A model generated the notes under the pieces. It did not search any database. It was not told where the DNA came from and was given only the letters and a program-made list of their open reading frames with translations. A stretch of DNA of 58,348 bases, from positions 1 through 58,348 of the forward strand of contig JAVETY010000001.1 in the NCBI GenBank assembly GCA_034005815.1, given 5' to 3'. Below are positions 9,886-19,087 of the stretch, piece by piece; the first letter of the stretch is position 1; each line of letters begins with the position of its first letter. Source of the DNA: Sulfurimonadaceae bacterium (GTDB lineage: Bacteria > Campylobacterota > Campylobacteria > Campylobacterales > Sulfurimonadaceae). The translations under genes were made by a program, and so were the position numbers.

Positions 9886-9967
9886 TGAGGCAAAATCATC
9901 TCTCTTGGATACAATGTTTCAACCTTGCCTTTGCGAAGATAAATCATTGCTTCTGGCTTAATACTTC

Positions 9968-11062
9968 TTAATTAGCAGAGAGTTTTTTTATATAGTTTTG
10001 AACTTCCTCGGCATTTCCTCTAAAAGAGACCATATGTGAGCGTTTTTGTATCTGATAATCATACATAGGGTCATAATACTCTTCTAAGAGGAACTTTGCC
10101 CACTCTCTATATCCATCATAAGAACCATTTCTTTTTTGCTCATCTAGCGCATTCTCGAATATGCCAGATACTTTTTTGTATTTTTCAAGTCCTAAACGCC
10201 TTGTTATTCTACTCATTGCATCTTGTATATTCTTGCTCCACTCTTCTAGCGCAGATTCAAAACCAGCTTTTATATAAGCTTCTTGAGCTTGGATTACATA
10301 CTCATCTAGTGTGATATCAACTCTCTCATGCATCTGCGCTTCAAGGATAACAAGCGGTGCATTTAGGGTTGTGGTGATAAGGTTATCTGGCATAAAAGAG
10401 CTACCGATATGCTTTCCCTCATCTTCAAAAACAAGAGTTTTAAAACCATCTTCTATCTTTTGAATTAGCTCGTATGCCAAATTATTTTCAAAATCTATCT
10501 GCATGGGTTGAAGGTTTATTTTGCTTCCAAAAGATGAGCCTCTATGGTTTGCTAAGCTCTCTAAATCTATAGAGTTTTGCATTTTTTTAAGCACGATAGT
10601 CTTTCCAGAACCTGTTCTTCCGCCTAGTATTATGGGCTTAAAGTGATTGGTAGATTCCTTTAACTCATTTATGAGATAAGCTCTAAATGCTTTATATCCA
10701 CCCTTTAGTCGTACTATCTCTCGACCTCTTTCATGTAACCATTCTTGAGCGATTTTAGAGCGTTGTCCGCCTCTAAAGCAGTAAAGTAGAGCAGAAGGAT
10801 TTGCATCTATAAAATTTATCCATGAAACGATGCGCTCTTCTCTTATATCTGCGCTTACTAAAGTATGCCCCAACTCTATGGCTTTTTTATTGCCTTGATT
10901 TTTATAACAAATTCCTACCAAGTGACGCTCTTCATCGTTCATGATAGGCAGATTTACCGCGTTTAAAAATGCACCTTTTTTAAACTCTACTGGTGCACGA
11001 ACATCAAGAAGTGGGGTTTTATTTAGAACAATGGACTTAAAATCATCATATAAAAGACTCAC
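9968..11062 (-). CDS. mnmH: tRNA 2-selenouridine(34) synthase MnmH/SelU
   Basis: Rhodanese DVRAPVEF and YCFRGGQRS; P-loop GGRTGSGKT; ANHRGSSFG; YYDPMY. Confidence 0.96.
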   Translation of the reverse strand: MSLLYDDFKSIVLNKTPLLDVRAPVEFKKGAFLNAVNLPIMNDEERHLVGICYKNQGNKKAIELGHTLVSADIREERIVSWINFIDANPSALLYCFRGGQRSKIAQEWLHERGREIVRLKGGYKAFRAYLINELKESTNHFKPIILGGRTGSGKTIVLKKMQNSIDLESLANHRGSSFGSKINLQPMQIDFENNLAYELIQKIEDGFKTLVFEDEGKHIGSSFMPDNLITTTLNAPLVILEAQMHERVDITLDEYVIQAQEAYIKAGFESALEEWSKNIQDAMSRITRRLGLEKYKKVSGIFENALDEQKRNGSYDGYREWAKFLLEEYYDPMYDYQIQKRSHMVSFRGNAEEVQNYIKKLSAN

Positions 11063-12093
11063 TAAAGAACCTCTATCACGTGTTTACCTTTTGTAGTCGT
11101 CTCACCTATTGGCTCAAGGTTTAAACCAAACTCTTTAGCACTCTTGTAAAACTCATCTACACCACTTTTTTTTACAAAAACCAAAAGTCCGCCTGAAGTT
11201 TGTGCATCACAAAGTATTTCTTTTTGCTCATCGCTCATAGCACTTATCTTATGACCATAACTCATAAAGTTTTTACGCGAACCCCCAGGAATACACCCTA
11301 ACGTTCTGTATTTCTCAACATTTTTTAAAAGTGGAACACTCTTAAAGTTTATCTTCGCACTAACATCACTAGCTTCGCAAACTTCACTAAGATGCCCCAA
11401 AAGGCCAAATCCTGTAACGTCTGTCATAGTAACAACGCTATCAAGTGCTGCAAAAGTAGCTCCTGCTTTATTTAACGTAACCATCGCTTCAATGGCAACG
11501 TCAATGTCCCCATCTTCTATCTTCTTTTGTTTTTGGGCAGTTGTAAGTATTCCGATTCCGATAGGTTTTGTAAGAAATATATAACAATCATCCGTTGCAG
11601 AGCTATTTTTCATAAGGTTTTTATTATCCACTAACCCTGTAACAGCAAGTCCAAAAATTGGCTCAGGAGAGTCTATAGAGTGACCTCCAGCCAAAGGGAT
11701 TCCACTCTCAAGGCAGACTGCACGGCCACCTTCTATAACTTCTCTTGCAACATCTGCTGAGAGTTTATCTATAGGCCATCCAAAAATTGCGATAGCCATA
11801 AGTGGGCGACCACCCATAGCATAAATATCACTAAGTGCGTTTGTTGCAGCAATGCGTCCAAATGTAAAAGGATCATCTACTATTGGCATAAAAAAATCTG
11901 TTGTAGAGAGAACTGATTTGCCATCTCCCAAATCAAACGCCGCAGCATCATCTTTATGTTCATTCCCAACCAAAAGTTCTGCAAATAACGGCATTTGTGT
12001 ATTTGTTTTTAAAATCTCATCTAGTAGCATCGGAGATATTTTACATCCGCACCCTGCTCCATGGCTATATTCTGTAAGTTTTATCTGCTCCAC
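11062..12093 (-). CDS. selD: Selenide, water dikinase SelD (Cys form)
   Basis: [32 protein letters not shown] and DAQTSGGLL motifs. Confidence 0.97.
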   Translation of the reverse strand: MEQIKLTEYSHGAGCGCKISPMLLDEILKTNTQMPLFAELLVGNEHKDDAAAFDLGDGKSVLSTTDFFMPIVDDPFTFGRIAATNALSDIYAMGGRPLMAIAIFGWPIDKLSADVAREVIEGGRAVCLESGIPLAGGHSIDSPEPIFGLAVTGLVDNKNLMKNSSATDDCYIFLTKPIGIGILTTAQKQKKIEDGDIDVAIEAMVTLNKAGATFAALDSVVTMTDVTGFGLLGHLSEVCEASDVSAKINFKSVPLLKNVEKYRTLGCIPGGSRKNFMSYGHKISAMSDEQKEILCDAQTSGGLLVFVKKSGVDEFYKSAKEFGLNLEPIGETTTKGKHVIEVL

Positions 12094-12111
12094 TGTTTTC
12101 CTTAAATCTTA

Positions 12112-12234
12112 TTATATTTTTTTATGTAGTAAAAGTTCTTTTGCAAGATACTCTCCCGTATAACTGCCTGTCTTTTTATGGTTTTTTGCAACCTCTTCAG
12201 GACTTCCCTCAGCGATGATTAAACCGCCTCCGCT
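12112..12234 (-). pseudogene. uvrA: C-terminal remnant of uvrA
   Basis: Translates as SGGGLIIAEGSPEEVAKNHKKTGSYTGEYLAKELLLHKKI*, matching the UvrA C-terminal GGG..GTPEEVA..SYTG.YL pattern. Confidence 0.8.
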
Positions 12235-12239
12235 CTATC

Positions 12240-12497
12240 TCTATGTGCACTCCGATATAAACACCAATAAATGAAGCCAAACCTATGACAACTCCACTAT
12301 AAAAATCTATCTCTATTTAGAGAGTGAGATATCAAACCTGCAACAGATGAAAAAACTACAAAAAAAGTCCAGCTGATATAGCACGTTTTAAATCTACATG
12401 TAAGAAGCCTACTAGTATTGGAACTAAAAGGATACTTCCACCAACGCCAATTAGCATGCTAAGTGTACCTAAAACCACTCCTATAAAAAATAGAACC
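12240..12497 (-). pseudogene. Frameshifted internal remnant of a TauE/SafE (TSUP) transporter
   Basis: Translates as FFIGVVLGTLSMLIGVGGSILLVPIL...AISAG...VVFSSVAG...GLASFIGVYIG. Confidence 0.72.
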
Positions 12498-12614
12498 TCT
12501 TATCTCCTCGATAAACTCTGAATATAAAGAGGATTTTTATAAACTTTCATGGCATGTCGAAAAGATACATGCCATGAAAAACTCCCTAGTTTCACACAAA
12601 GCTAGGTTATAATT
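12494..12614 (+). repeat. Direct repeat copy 2 (3' end of the DUF309 gene plus mscS upstream region)
   Basis: Matches 8684-8804 except for one base. Confidence 0.95.
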
Positions 12615-12631
12615 TCAAAAAATAAGAACAA

Positions 12632-13450
12632 ATGGATCATAAAGTGAACTTTTCAGGATTTTTAGAACAAATCACTATATTTGCAAATGAGTATAGTTTT
12701 AAAATTGTTGCGGTAGTTCTTATCTTTGTAATAGGAAGATTCGTTGCAAAACAATTAACTATATTTTTCAAAAAAGTTATGATAAGAGCAAGAATAGATG
12801 CTACTTTAGTGGTATTTATGAGCAATATTATCTATTTTATACTTTTACTTATAATATTTATTTCAGCACTTAATGCTGTAGATATCAATACAACATCTTT
12901 TATCGCAGTCCTTGGTGCGGCTACTTTAGGTATAGGTTTAGCACTGAAAGATTCACTTGCAAATATTGGTGCAGCGGTTGTGATTATAATATTTCGTCCA
13001 TTTCGAGTGGGTGATCTTGTTGAACTCTCTGGTGCTACAGGAATTGTACAAGAGATTAACCTTTTCTCTACAATTATAGAACCTGTGGATAAAAGCATTG
13101 TGACTATCCCTAACGCGCATGTTTTAGGACGTATTATTATAAACTACTCAAAGCGTAAAGAACGTCGAGTCGAGCATATATTTCGTATCAGTTATGATGA
13201 TGATTTGAAATATGCCAAAGAGATTTTGCAGAGAATTATCGATGAAGAACCACGTATCTTAAATGAACCAGAATCTTTAGTAGTTGTCAATGCGCTAAGT
13301 GAAAATAGTGTGGATTTGCTCTTTCGTGCGTGGACACTGGTCGATGACTTTTGGGCAGTGCATTACGCTATCTTAGAGCGAGTGAAGCTAGAGTTTGACG
13401 CAGCAGGTATATCGATACCTAAAAAACAGATCGATATCCGTACAAAATAA
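12632..13450 (+). CDS. mscS: Small-conductance mechanosensitive channel
   Basis: GAATLGIGLALKDSLAN, RPFRVGD, INYS and FDAAGISIP motifs. Confidence 0.95.
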   Translation: MDHKVNFSGFLEQITIFANEYSFKIVAVVLIFVIGRFVAKQLTIFFKKVMIRARIDATLVVFMSNIIYFILLLIIFISALNAVDINTTSFIAVLGAATLGIGLALKDSLANIGAAVVIIIFRPFRVGDLVELSGATGIVQEINLFSTIIEPVDKSIVTIPNAHVLGRIIINYSKRKERRVEHIFRISYDDDLKYAKEILQRIIDEEPRILNEPESLVVVNALSENSVDLLFRAWTLVDDFWAVHYAILERVKLEFDAAGISIPKKQIDIRTK

Positions 13451-13480
13451 AATCCAATTCAAATCAAAGGAAAATCGTTA

Positions 13481-14305
13481 ATGAAAAAAGTTATATTAGT
13501 ATCATGTATAAGCGCAACACTTTTACTGGCAAATAGTGCTCCAAGTGAGGAGTTGACGTCACAAATCACAGATGTAAAAGCAAAACTAGAAATCTTAGGT
13601 AATGAACTTAAAACATTAGAGTCAAGACTGCCAAAAAAAGAGCCTACATTTGCAACGCATACAGAGCTTGGATATATACAAACGAAGGGAAATACTAATA
13701 CAGAAACCTTTAATCTTGATGCAAAAGCTAAAAAGCAATGGGACGCTAACTCTATAGCACTCTCATTAGATGGCCAATATGCTAAAGATAAAAAAGTAAC
13801 AACGAAAAATCGTTATACATCAGAGTTGAACTATGGTTATGACATGACAGAAAAATTTACTCTTGGTTACCTTGCAGGGTTTAAGAAAGATAAATTTTCA
13901 GGATATAACTACCAAGCGTATACTGGACCAGAAGCAAAATATAAACTCTTAAATAGCGATATACAAAAGCTCTCTGCAGAAGTTGCAGTTCTTTATGCGC
14001 AAGATAAGATAGAAAATCCCGCACCAATAGAAGATGAAACTGAGAAATACGGTTCTTACCGTCTTAAAGCAGTCTATGAGTTGGAATTTATTGAGAATAT
14101 GAAATTTTATCAAGATGCATCATACCGTGGTTCAATGAAAGATAGTGATATCTACTTTATTACAACAAAAACAGCTTTAACAGGGAAGATAAACAGTACT
14201 TTTTCTGCAGGTCTTAGCTATAAAGTGGATTATGCAAATATAGCACCAGATGATAAAGTACGTACTGATAAAACATTAACACTTAACCTTATCATAGACT
14301 ATTAA
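13481..14305 (+). CDS. DUF481 (YdiY-like) outer-membrane beta-barrel with N-terminal coiled coil
   Basis: Signal peptide; ELGYIQTKGNT; DKFSGY; aromatic C-terminal beta strand. Confidence 0.8.
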   Translation: MKKVILVSCISATLLLANSAPSEELTSQITDVKAKLEILGNELKTLESRLPKKEPTFATHTELGYIQTKGNTNTETFNLDAKAKKQWDANSIALSLDGQYAKDKKVTTKNRYTSELNYGYDMTEKFTLGYLAGFKKDKFSGYNYQAYTGPEAKYKLLNSDIQKLSAEVAVLYAQDKIENPAPIEDETEKYGSYRLKAVYELEFIENMKFYQDASYRGSMKDSDIYFITTKTALTGKINSTFSAGLSYKVDYANIAPDDKVRTDKTLTLNLIIDY

Positions 14306-14313
14306 GAGAGATT

Positions 14314-15066
14314 ATGAGATCTTTTGTTTCTTTTATCTTCTTGATGGTAAGTTCTAGTTCTCTGTTTGCTCTTGTTACCATCTCTCCCGTAGATATTGGC
14401 AGCAAGCCAGGGTTTTCTACCAAAACTGCACTCTCTTTGGAAACAAAGCGTGGTAATAGTGAAAAAGATAACTATAAAGGTTCTTGGCGCACCACCTATG
14501 ATAGCAATACTAGTTTTGTGACATGGTTAGAGTTCTCAGGAGAGTATGGAAAATCTAATGATCAAAGAGATACAAATAAGCTTTTCTCACATCTACGACA
14601 TATACATGCCACACCATTAGAAAATTTAAATGTTGAATTCTTTGGACAGATACAAGATAATGAGTTTAAACTTATCAAAAATCGTACTTTGGCAGGAGCT
14701 GGGTTACGATATAAATTTTCCTCTATATTTGATAGAGATAGAGCGTATATAGGGGTGGGAGGGATGTATGAGAGAATTCGCTATAGTTCACAAGATCCTC
14801 TAGAAAATAATGCTCGCATTAGTACATATTTCACTTACACACTTGATTTTAGTGAGAAATCACAATTTTCTTACATGCTTTACTACCAACCATTGGCGGA
14901 AGATTTTAGAGATTATGTAAAATCGCATGAGTTAGAGTTAAAGCTTCATGTGATAAAAAAGTTTTTTTTACAATTTACACTTAGTTATGAAGTGGATTCC
15001 ACCCCTGCTACCGATGTAAAGCGTTATGATTTTACGCAGAACACTTCTTTTGTTTTTGAGTTCTAG
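14314..15066 (+). CDS. DUF481 family outer-membrane protein (second copy)
   Basis: Signal peptide; KRGNS; R.LAGAGLRY; C-terminal Phe. Confidence 0.75.
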   Translation: MRSFVSFIFLMVSSSSLFALVTISPVDIGSKPGFSTKTALSLETKRGNSEKDNYKGSWRTTYDSNTSFVTWLEFSGEYGKSNDQRDTNKLFSHLRHIHATPLENLNVEFFGQIQDNEFKLIKNRTLAGAGLRYKFSSIFDRDRAYIGVGGMYERIRYSSQDPLENNARISTYFTYTLDFSEKSQFSYMLYYQPLAEDFRDYVKSHELELKLHVIKKFFLQFTLSYEVDSTPATDVKRYDFTQNTSFVFEF

Positions 15067-16147
15067 CCCAAAGGGTAAGCGCTAAAAAAGCAAGAAGCGC
15101 TAAAAAAGTAGAACTTAAAAAGAGGTAGTTTGGATATATCTCATAGATATATCCCGATACCAAGGCTCCCACAAATCCCCCAAGCCCGTATGTAATTCCT
15201 GAAAAAAACTGTTGTGCAAGTGATTTGTGTTTATAAAGCTGATAAAGATAACTAATCGCTGCCGTATGAAAAAGTGCAAAACTTAAGGCATGTAAGGATT
15301 GAGAGAAAAATAAAATTGGTAGCGTTTGGGGAAAACTAAAGAGCAAAAACCATCGAATTGCACTTACAAAAGTTGTGATTTGTAAAAGTACAAGAAGATT
15401 TCCTCCCAGAAGCCTTCCTTGAAAATAGAGCATAGCAATCTCCATAATCACCCCAAACGTCCATAGATAGATTGTTATGTCAAGTGCTATACCATGGTTT
15501 GTTTCATAGATAGTAAAAAAATTATAAAAGGCTCCAAAACTCACCTGCATAAGAGTAAGCCCTAACCAAAGTTGCCAATGCTTAAGAAGGGAAATATCGT
15601 TTTTACACTCTTCTGTTTTTGCGAGTGTGGTTTTTGCTTTGTTTGCTAGATAGATAGCTATAAGAGAAGTAAAGATAGTAAGTGTAAGCATCGTGCCAAG
15701 TGCAACAGAAGCGGAGCTTAAAAACTTTACAAGTACAAGAGCGACAAGGATAAATCCAAGTGAACCAAACAAGCGTACTTTGCCATAGCGCTCTTTGCCA
15801 ATGGCTCCAAGTGCGATAAGTTCTATATAAGGCAGGGCTAAACTAAGCCCGATTCCTAGAACTATATTGGAAGCTAAGAGTTTATAAAAACTCTCCACAT
15901 TCATATAAAAACCAAACGCTCCTACAATCATAAATCCAAGTGCTACATAAAAAGTATTGAGACTTAGCTTGAGACCTCTGATAAAAATAAAGGGAACGAT
16001 AAAACGCACAAGCGGGGCAGCTGAGAAGATAATTCCAATCTCACTTGGAGCATATCCAAGCATATCGAGTACTTTTGGCATAAAGATAACATACACACCA
16101 ATAATGGAAAAATAAAAGAAGTAAAAAAGAGAAAGTGCTATTGGCAT
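15032..16147 (-). CDS. MFS transporter (HcaT/MFS_1-like)
   Basis: YGKVRLFGSLGF and QSLHALSFA motifs; about 12 TM; likely start MPIALS at 16147. Confidence 0.88.
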   Translation of the reverse strand: MPIALSLFYFFYFSIIGVYVIFMPKVLDMLGYAPSEIGIIFSAAPLVRFIVPFIFIRGLKLSLNTFYVALGFMIVGAFGFYMNVESFYKLLASNIVLGIGLSLALPYIELIALGAIGKERYGKVRLFGSLGFILVALVLVKFLSSASVALGTMLTLTIFTSLIAIYLANKAKTTLAKTEECKNDISLLKHWQLWLGLTLMQVSFGAFYNFFTIYETNHGIALDITIYLWTFGVIMEIAMLYFQGRLLGGNLLVLLQITTFVSAIRWFLLFSFPQTLPILFFSQSLHALSFALFHTAAISYLYQLYKHKSLAQQFFSGITYGLGGFVGALVSGYIYEIYPNYLFLSSTFLALLAFLALTLWARTQKQKKCSA

Positions 16148-16154
16148 GTGATAC

Positions 16155-16667
16155 TTAGTGGTTTGTATAAACAACCGCTGTTGCACTTAAAATGTCGTGC
16201 AAGGTTCTCTTGTCTTTGCGAAAAAATCCAATAAAAAACCCAATTATCGAAATAAAAGAGATAAAATAACCTAGAAAACGAATAATGAGTTGAAGATAAG
16301 AAGCGTTCTCTAGTGTTTTATTATCAACCACTTTAATCTGCGCAAACTTCTTTCCAGGAGTTTGTCCACCTCTGCGCCAAAGTATGACATGTACACCCAT
16401 AATAAGTACGATTTGTACAATGGAAGCTGTAGGATTTGGACGGTGTTCTAGTGCTGTCTCATCTTGAACTATGATATCAAGCGCACCTGCTGATTTGGTC
16501 TCTTGGTATCCAAAAATAACCATAATTACGAGTGCGACAGGAAGCCCTATCATGAAAATATCAGTGATAAATGCTTTTGCACGGGAGAGAAAACCAGCAT
16601 AAGGAATGGGCTGTTTTGTTTGCTTTAATGGTTGTTTTTGGTATCTTTTTAAATCTCTAAATCTCAT
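16155..16667 (-). CDS. RDD family protein
   Basis: YAGFLSR..A..D, GQTPGK and RTLHD motifs. Confidence 0.92.
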   Translation of the reverse strand: MRFRDLKRYQKQPLKQTKQPIPYAGFLSRAKAFITDIFMIGLPVALVIMVIFGYQETKSAGALDIIVQDETALEHRPNPTASIVQIVLIMGVHVILWRRGGQTPGKKFAQIKVVDNKTLENASYLQLIIRFLGYFISFISIIGFFIGFFRKDKRTLHDILSATAVVYTNH

Positions 16668-16761
16668 AGTGCAATTTTACCTTAGATTTGAGAAAATACA
16701 AAAAGAATTAACACTTCCTGAACCCATTTACTAAACATTTACTTATAATAAATATAATTTT

Positions 16762-16876
16762 ACATCTCAATTATGTTTTCCCCCTTTCATAAGTGAGACT
16801 ATATACTCTTATACATTTTCTATACGAGTTCAAGCCTCTGTACCCCAACCCCTTGAGGCTTGATTCTTTCTCTTTT
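16762..16876 (+). ncRNA. Candidate small RNA with three stem-loops, two with C-rich loops, ending in an intrinsic terminator
   Basis: TATAAT at 16744 and 16753; stems TCTCAATTATG/CATAAGTGAGA, ACTC-TTATA/TATA-CGAGT and TCAAGCCTC/GAGGCTTGA followed by a T-rich tail. Confidence 0.55.
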
Positions 16877-16893
16877 ATGCTAAAATTCTTTTT

Positions 16894-18393
16894 ATGAAAA
16901 TCCTCCTCACAACCCTAAATGCAAGATTTACCCATACGGCGCTTTCTATCCGTTGTCTTTATGCAAACCTTCATGAGTTTCAGCGTGAAGCTATTATGAT
17001 GGAATTTACTATCAATGATGCTATCCAAACGATTGCAGAGGATATTTTAAAACATACCCCCGATGTGATAGGGATAGGCGTTTATATCTGGAATGCTTCA
17101 GAAGTGCATGAGCTGATACATATCATTAAGCAAGTTGCGCCACAAACTACTATCATACTTGGTGGTCCAGAGGTAAGCTATACACCATTTCGAGTTCCAT
17201 TTGATGATGCAGATTATATTATTCAAGGAGAAGGTGAGAAAAGTTTTTATGAGCTTTGTAAAAAACTCTCAACGGGCGACATGCCAAAAGAAAAAATTAT
17301 CCCCATCGATTTACCTGATCTTAAAAATACAGTTTTGCCTTATTCCTATTACACCGATGAGGATATAAAAAATCGTTATATCTATGTTGAGGTTTCACGT
17401 GGATGCCCTTTTGAGTGTGAGTTTTGTTTGAGCTCTATGGATGAGAAAGTACGTGCATTTGATTTAGATAAAGTGATAGAGATGTTTGAAGCCTTATGGC
17501 AAAGGGGTGCGAGAAATTATAAGTTTGTAGATAGAACTTTTAACCTCAATATGAAGACAGCAAACCGTATATTAGATTTTTTTCTCGCCAAAAAAGAGCA
17601 ATATTTTGTGCACTTTGAAGTTGTTCCTGATCACTTTCCACTTTCACTAAGAGAGAAAATAAAACAATTTCCACATGGTGCCTTGCAACTTGAAATTGGG
17701 ATACAAACACTCAACCCAGAGGTTGCAAAAAATATCTCTCGCGTATTAAATATCCAAAAAATGGAAGAAAATATAAGTTTTTTAGAGCATGAAACCACAG
17801 CACATATCCATCTTGACCTTATAGTAGGGCTTCCTGGAGAATCTTTAGAGAGCTTTGGAACAAACTTAGATGCATTAGTGAAGATGAGTAGTTGTGAGAT
17901 ACAGATAGGGATTTTAAAGAAGCTCTCGGGAACATATATCGATAGACATGATGTGATACATGGGATGATTTACAGCTCAATTCCCCCTTATGATATTTTA
18001 AAAAATAATGATTTAAGTTTTGAGACGATTCAGATAATGAAGCGTTTTTCAAGATTTTGGGATCTCTTTTATAATAGTGGTAATTTTAAAAAAACGATTT
18101 CACTTTTATGGAATGAAGAAAGTGTATTTCAAAATTTTTATCACTATGGCATGTGGATTTATGGGCAAACCAAGGCGACACATAAAATCTCGCTTGAGCG
18201 TCAAGGGGAACTACTCTTCTCTTATCTTATAGAGGTGAAAAAACTGAAACCACAAGAGGTGGCAGATGTACTCCTTCAAGATATGACAAAGCTCCAAGGA
18301 CGTGCTATTCCTAGCTATTTAAGGGCCTATGCAACGAACTTTATTATCGAGGCTAAAGCGGGTACATCAGGGTTTAACAAAAGACAAAATTAG
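16894..18393 (+). CDS. B12-binding radical SAM protein (DUF4080 type)
   Basis: GVYIWN, LGGPEVS, RGCPFECEFC, FVDRTFN and DLIVGLPGE motifs. Confidence 0.92.
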   Translation: MKILLTTLNARFTHTALSIRCLYANLHEFQREAIMMEFTINDAIQTIAEDILKHTPDVIGIGVYIWNASEVHELIHIIKQVAPQTTIILGGPEVSYTPFRVPFDDADYIIQGEGEKSFYELCKKLSTGDMPKEKIIPIDLPDLKNTVLPYSYYTDEDIKNRYIYVEVSRGCPFECEFCLSSMDEKVRAFDLDKVIEMFEALWQRGARNYKFVDRTFNLNMKTANRILDFFLAKKEQYFVHFEVVPDHFPLSLREKIKQFPHGALQLEIGIQTLNPEVAKNISRVLNIQKMEENISFLEHETTAHIHLDLIVGLPGESLESFGTNLDALVKMSSCEIQIGILKKLSGTYIDRHDVIHGMIYSSIPPYDILKNNDLSFETIQIMKRFSRFWDLFYNSGNFKKTISLLWNEESVFQNFYHYGMWIYGQTKATHKISLERQGELLFSYLIEVKKLKPQEVADVLLQDMTKLQGRAIPSYLRAYATNFIIEAKAGTSGFNKRQN

Positions 18394-18415
18394 TTTTTTT
18401 TGAGTATAATCTCTT

Positions 18416-19087
18416 ATGGTTTTACGTAAGTTTATCACGGTGAGAAAAGTAGTTTTGACTACCTTTTTGCTCCCTTTTTTCATCATTACTGTTTTATATG
18501 CCCAAGAGCCTTATATCAATGAAGCGATGCTTGTTGCAGTGGAGAAAAAGTATAATCTTTTTGCAAAAAAAAGATTTATCTATCTTCAAAAAACACTCGA
18601 TTCACTTGAGGGAAAAGATGATTTGGCAAAACTCAATGGGGTAAATCAGTTTTATAATGATGTGCGTTATGGATCTGATATAAAAACCTATGGACAAAGT
18701 GATTATTGGGCTACACCGTGGGAATTTTTAGCAAAAGATGCAGGAGATTGTGAAGATTATGTGATTGCAAAACATCATGCTCTTCTTTATCTCGGGGTTG
18801 ATCCTAAAAAACTATTCTTTACCTATGTTCGCTCTACGAAATTTAAAGAGCCTCACATGGTTCTTACTTACTTTGAAACTCCACGCTCTGAACCACTCAT
18901 CCTAGATAACAATAATCTTCGTATCTTCCCCGCTTCCAAAAGACCAGACTTGATTCCTATTTATAATTTCAACGGTGTATCACTTCATCGTGCGGCTAGC
19001 GTAGGAACAGGGGAAAAAGTTGAAGAAAATAAATCTCACAAAAAATGGGATGAACTGCAAAAAAACATCCAAAGGAAAAAGATATGA
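18416..19087 (+). CDS. lapG: Transglutaminase-like cysteine peptidase (LapG/BTLCP)
   Basis: DYWATP, GDCEDY, HMVL and LILDN (Cys-His-Asp triad). Confidence 0.9.
   Translation: MVLRKFITVRKVVLTTFLLPFFIITVLYAQEPYINEAMLVAVEKKYNLFAKKRFIYLQKTLDSLEGKDDLAKLNGVNQFYNDVRYGSDIKTYGQSDYWATPWEFLAKDAGDCEDYVIAKHHALLYLGVDPKKLFFTYVRSTKFKEPHMVLTYFETPRSEPLILDNNNLRIFPASKRPDLIPIYNFNGVSLHRAASVGTGEKVEENKSHKKWDELQKNIQRKKI

Noticed and set aside
9890-9962. Possible further gene remnant on the minus strand (KPEAMIYLRKGKVETLYPREMI)
   Set aside because: Too short to assign to a family without a search
11062-12093. Possible selenocysteine (UGA) recoding in selD
   Set aside because: The active site reads GAGCGCK with Cys codons; no in-frame TGA
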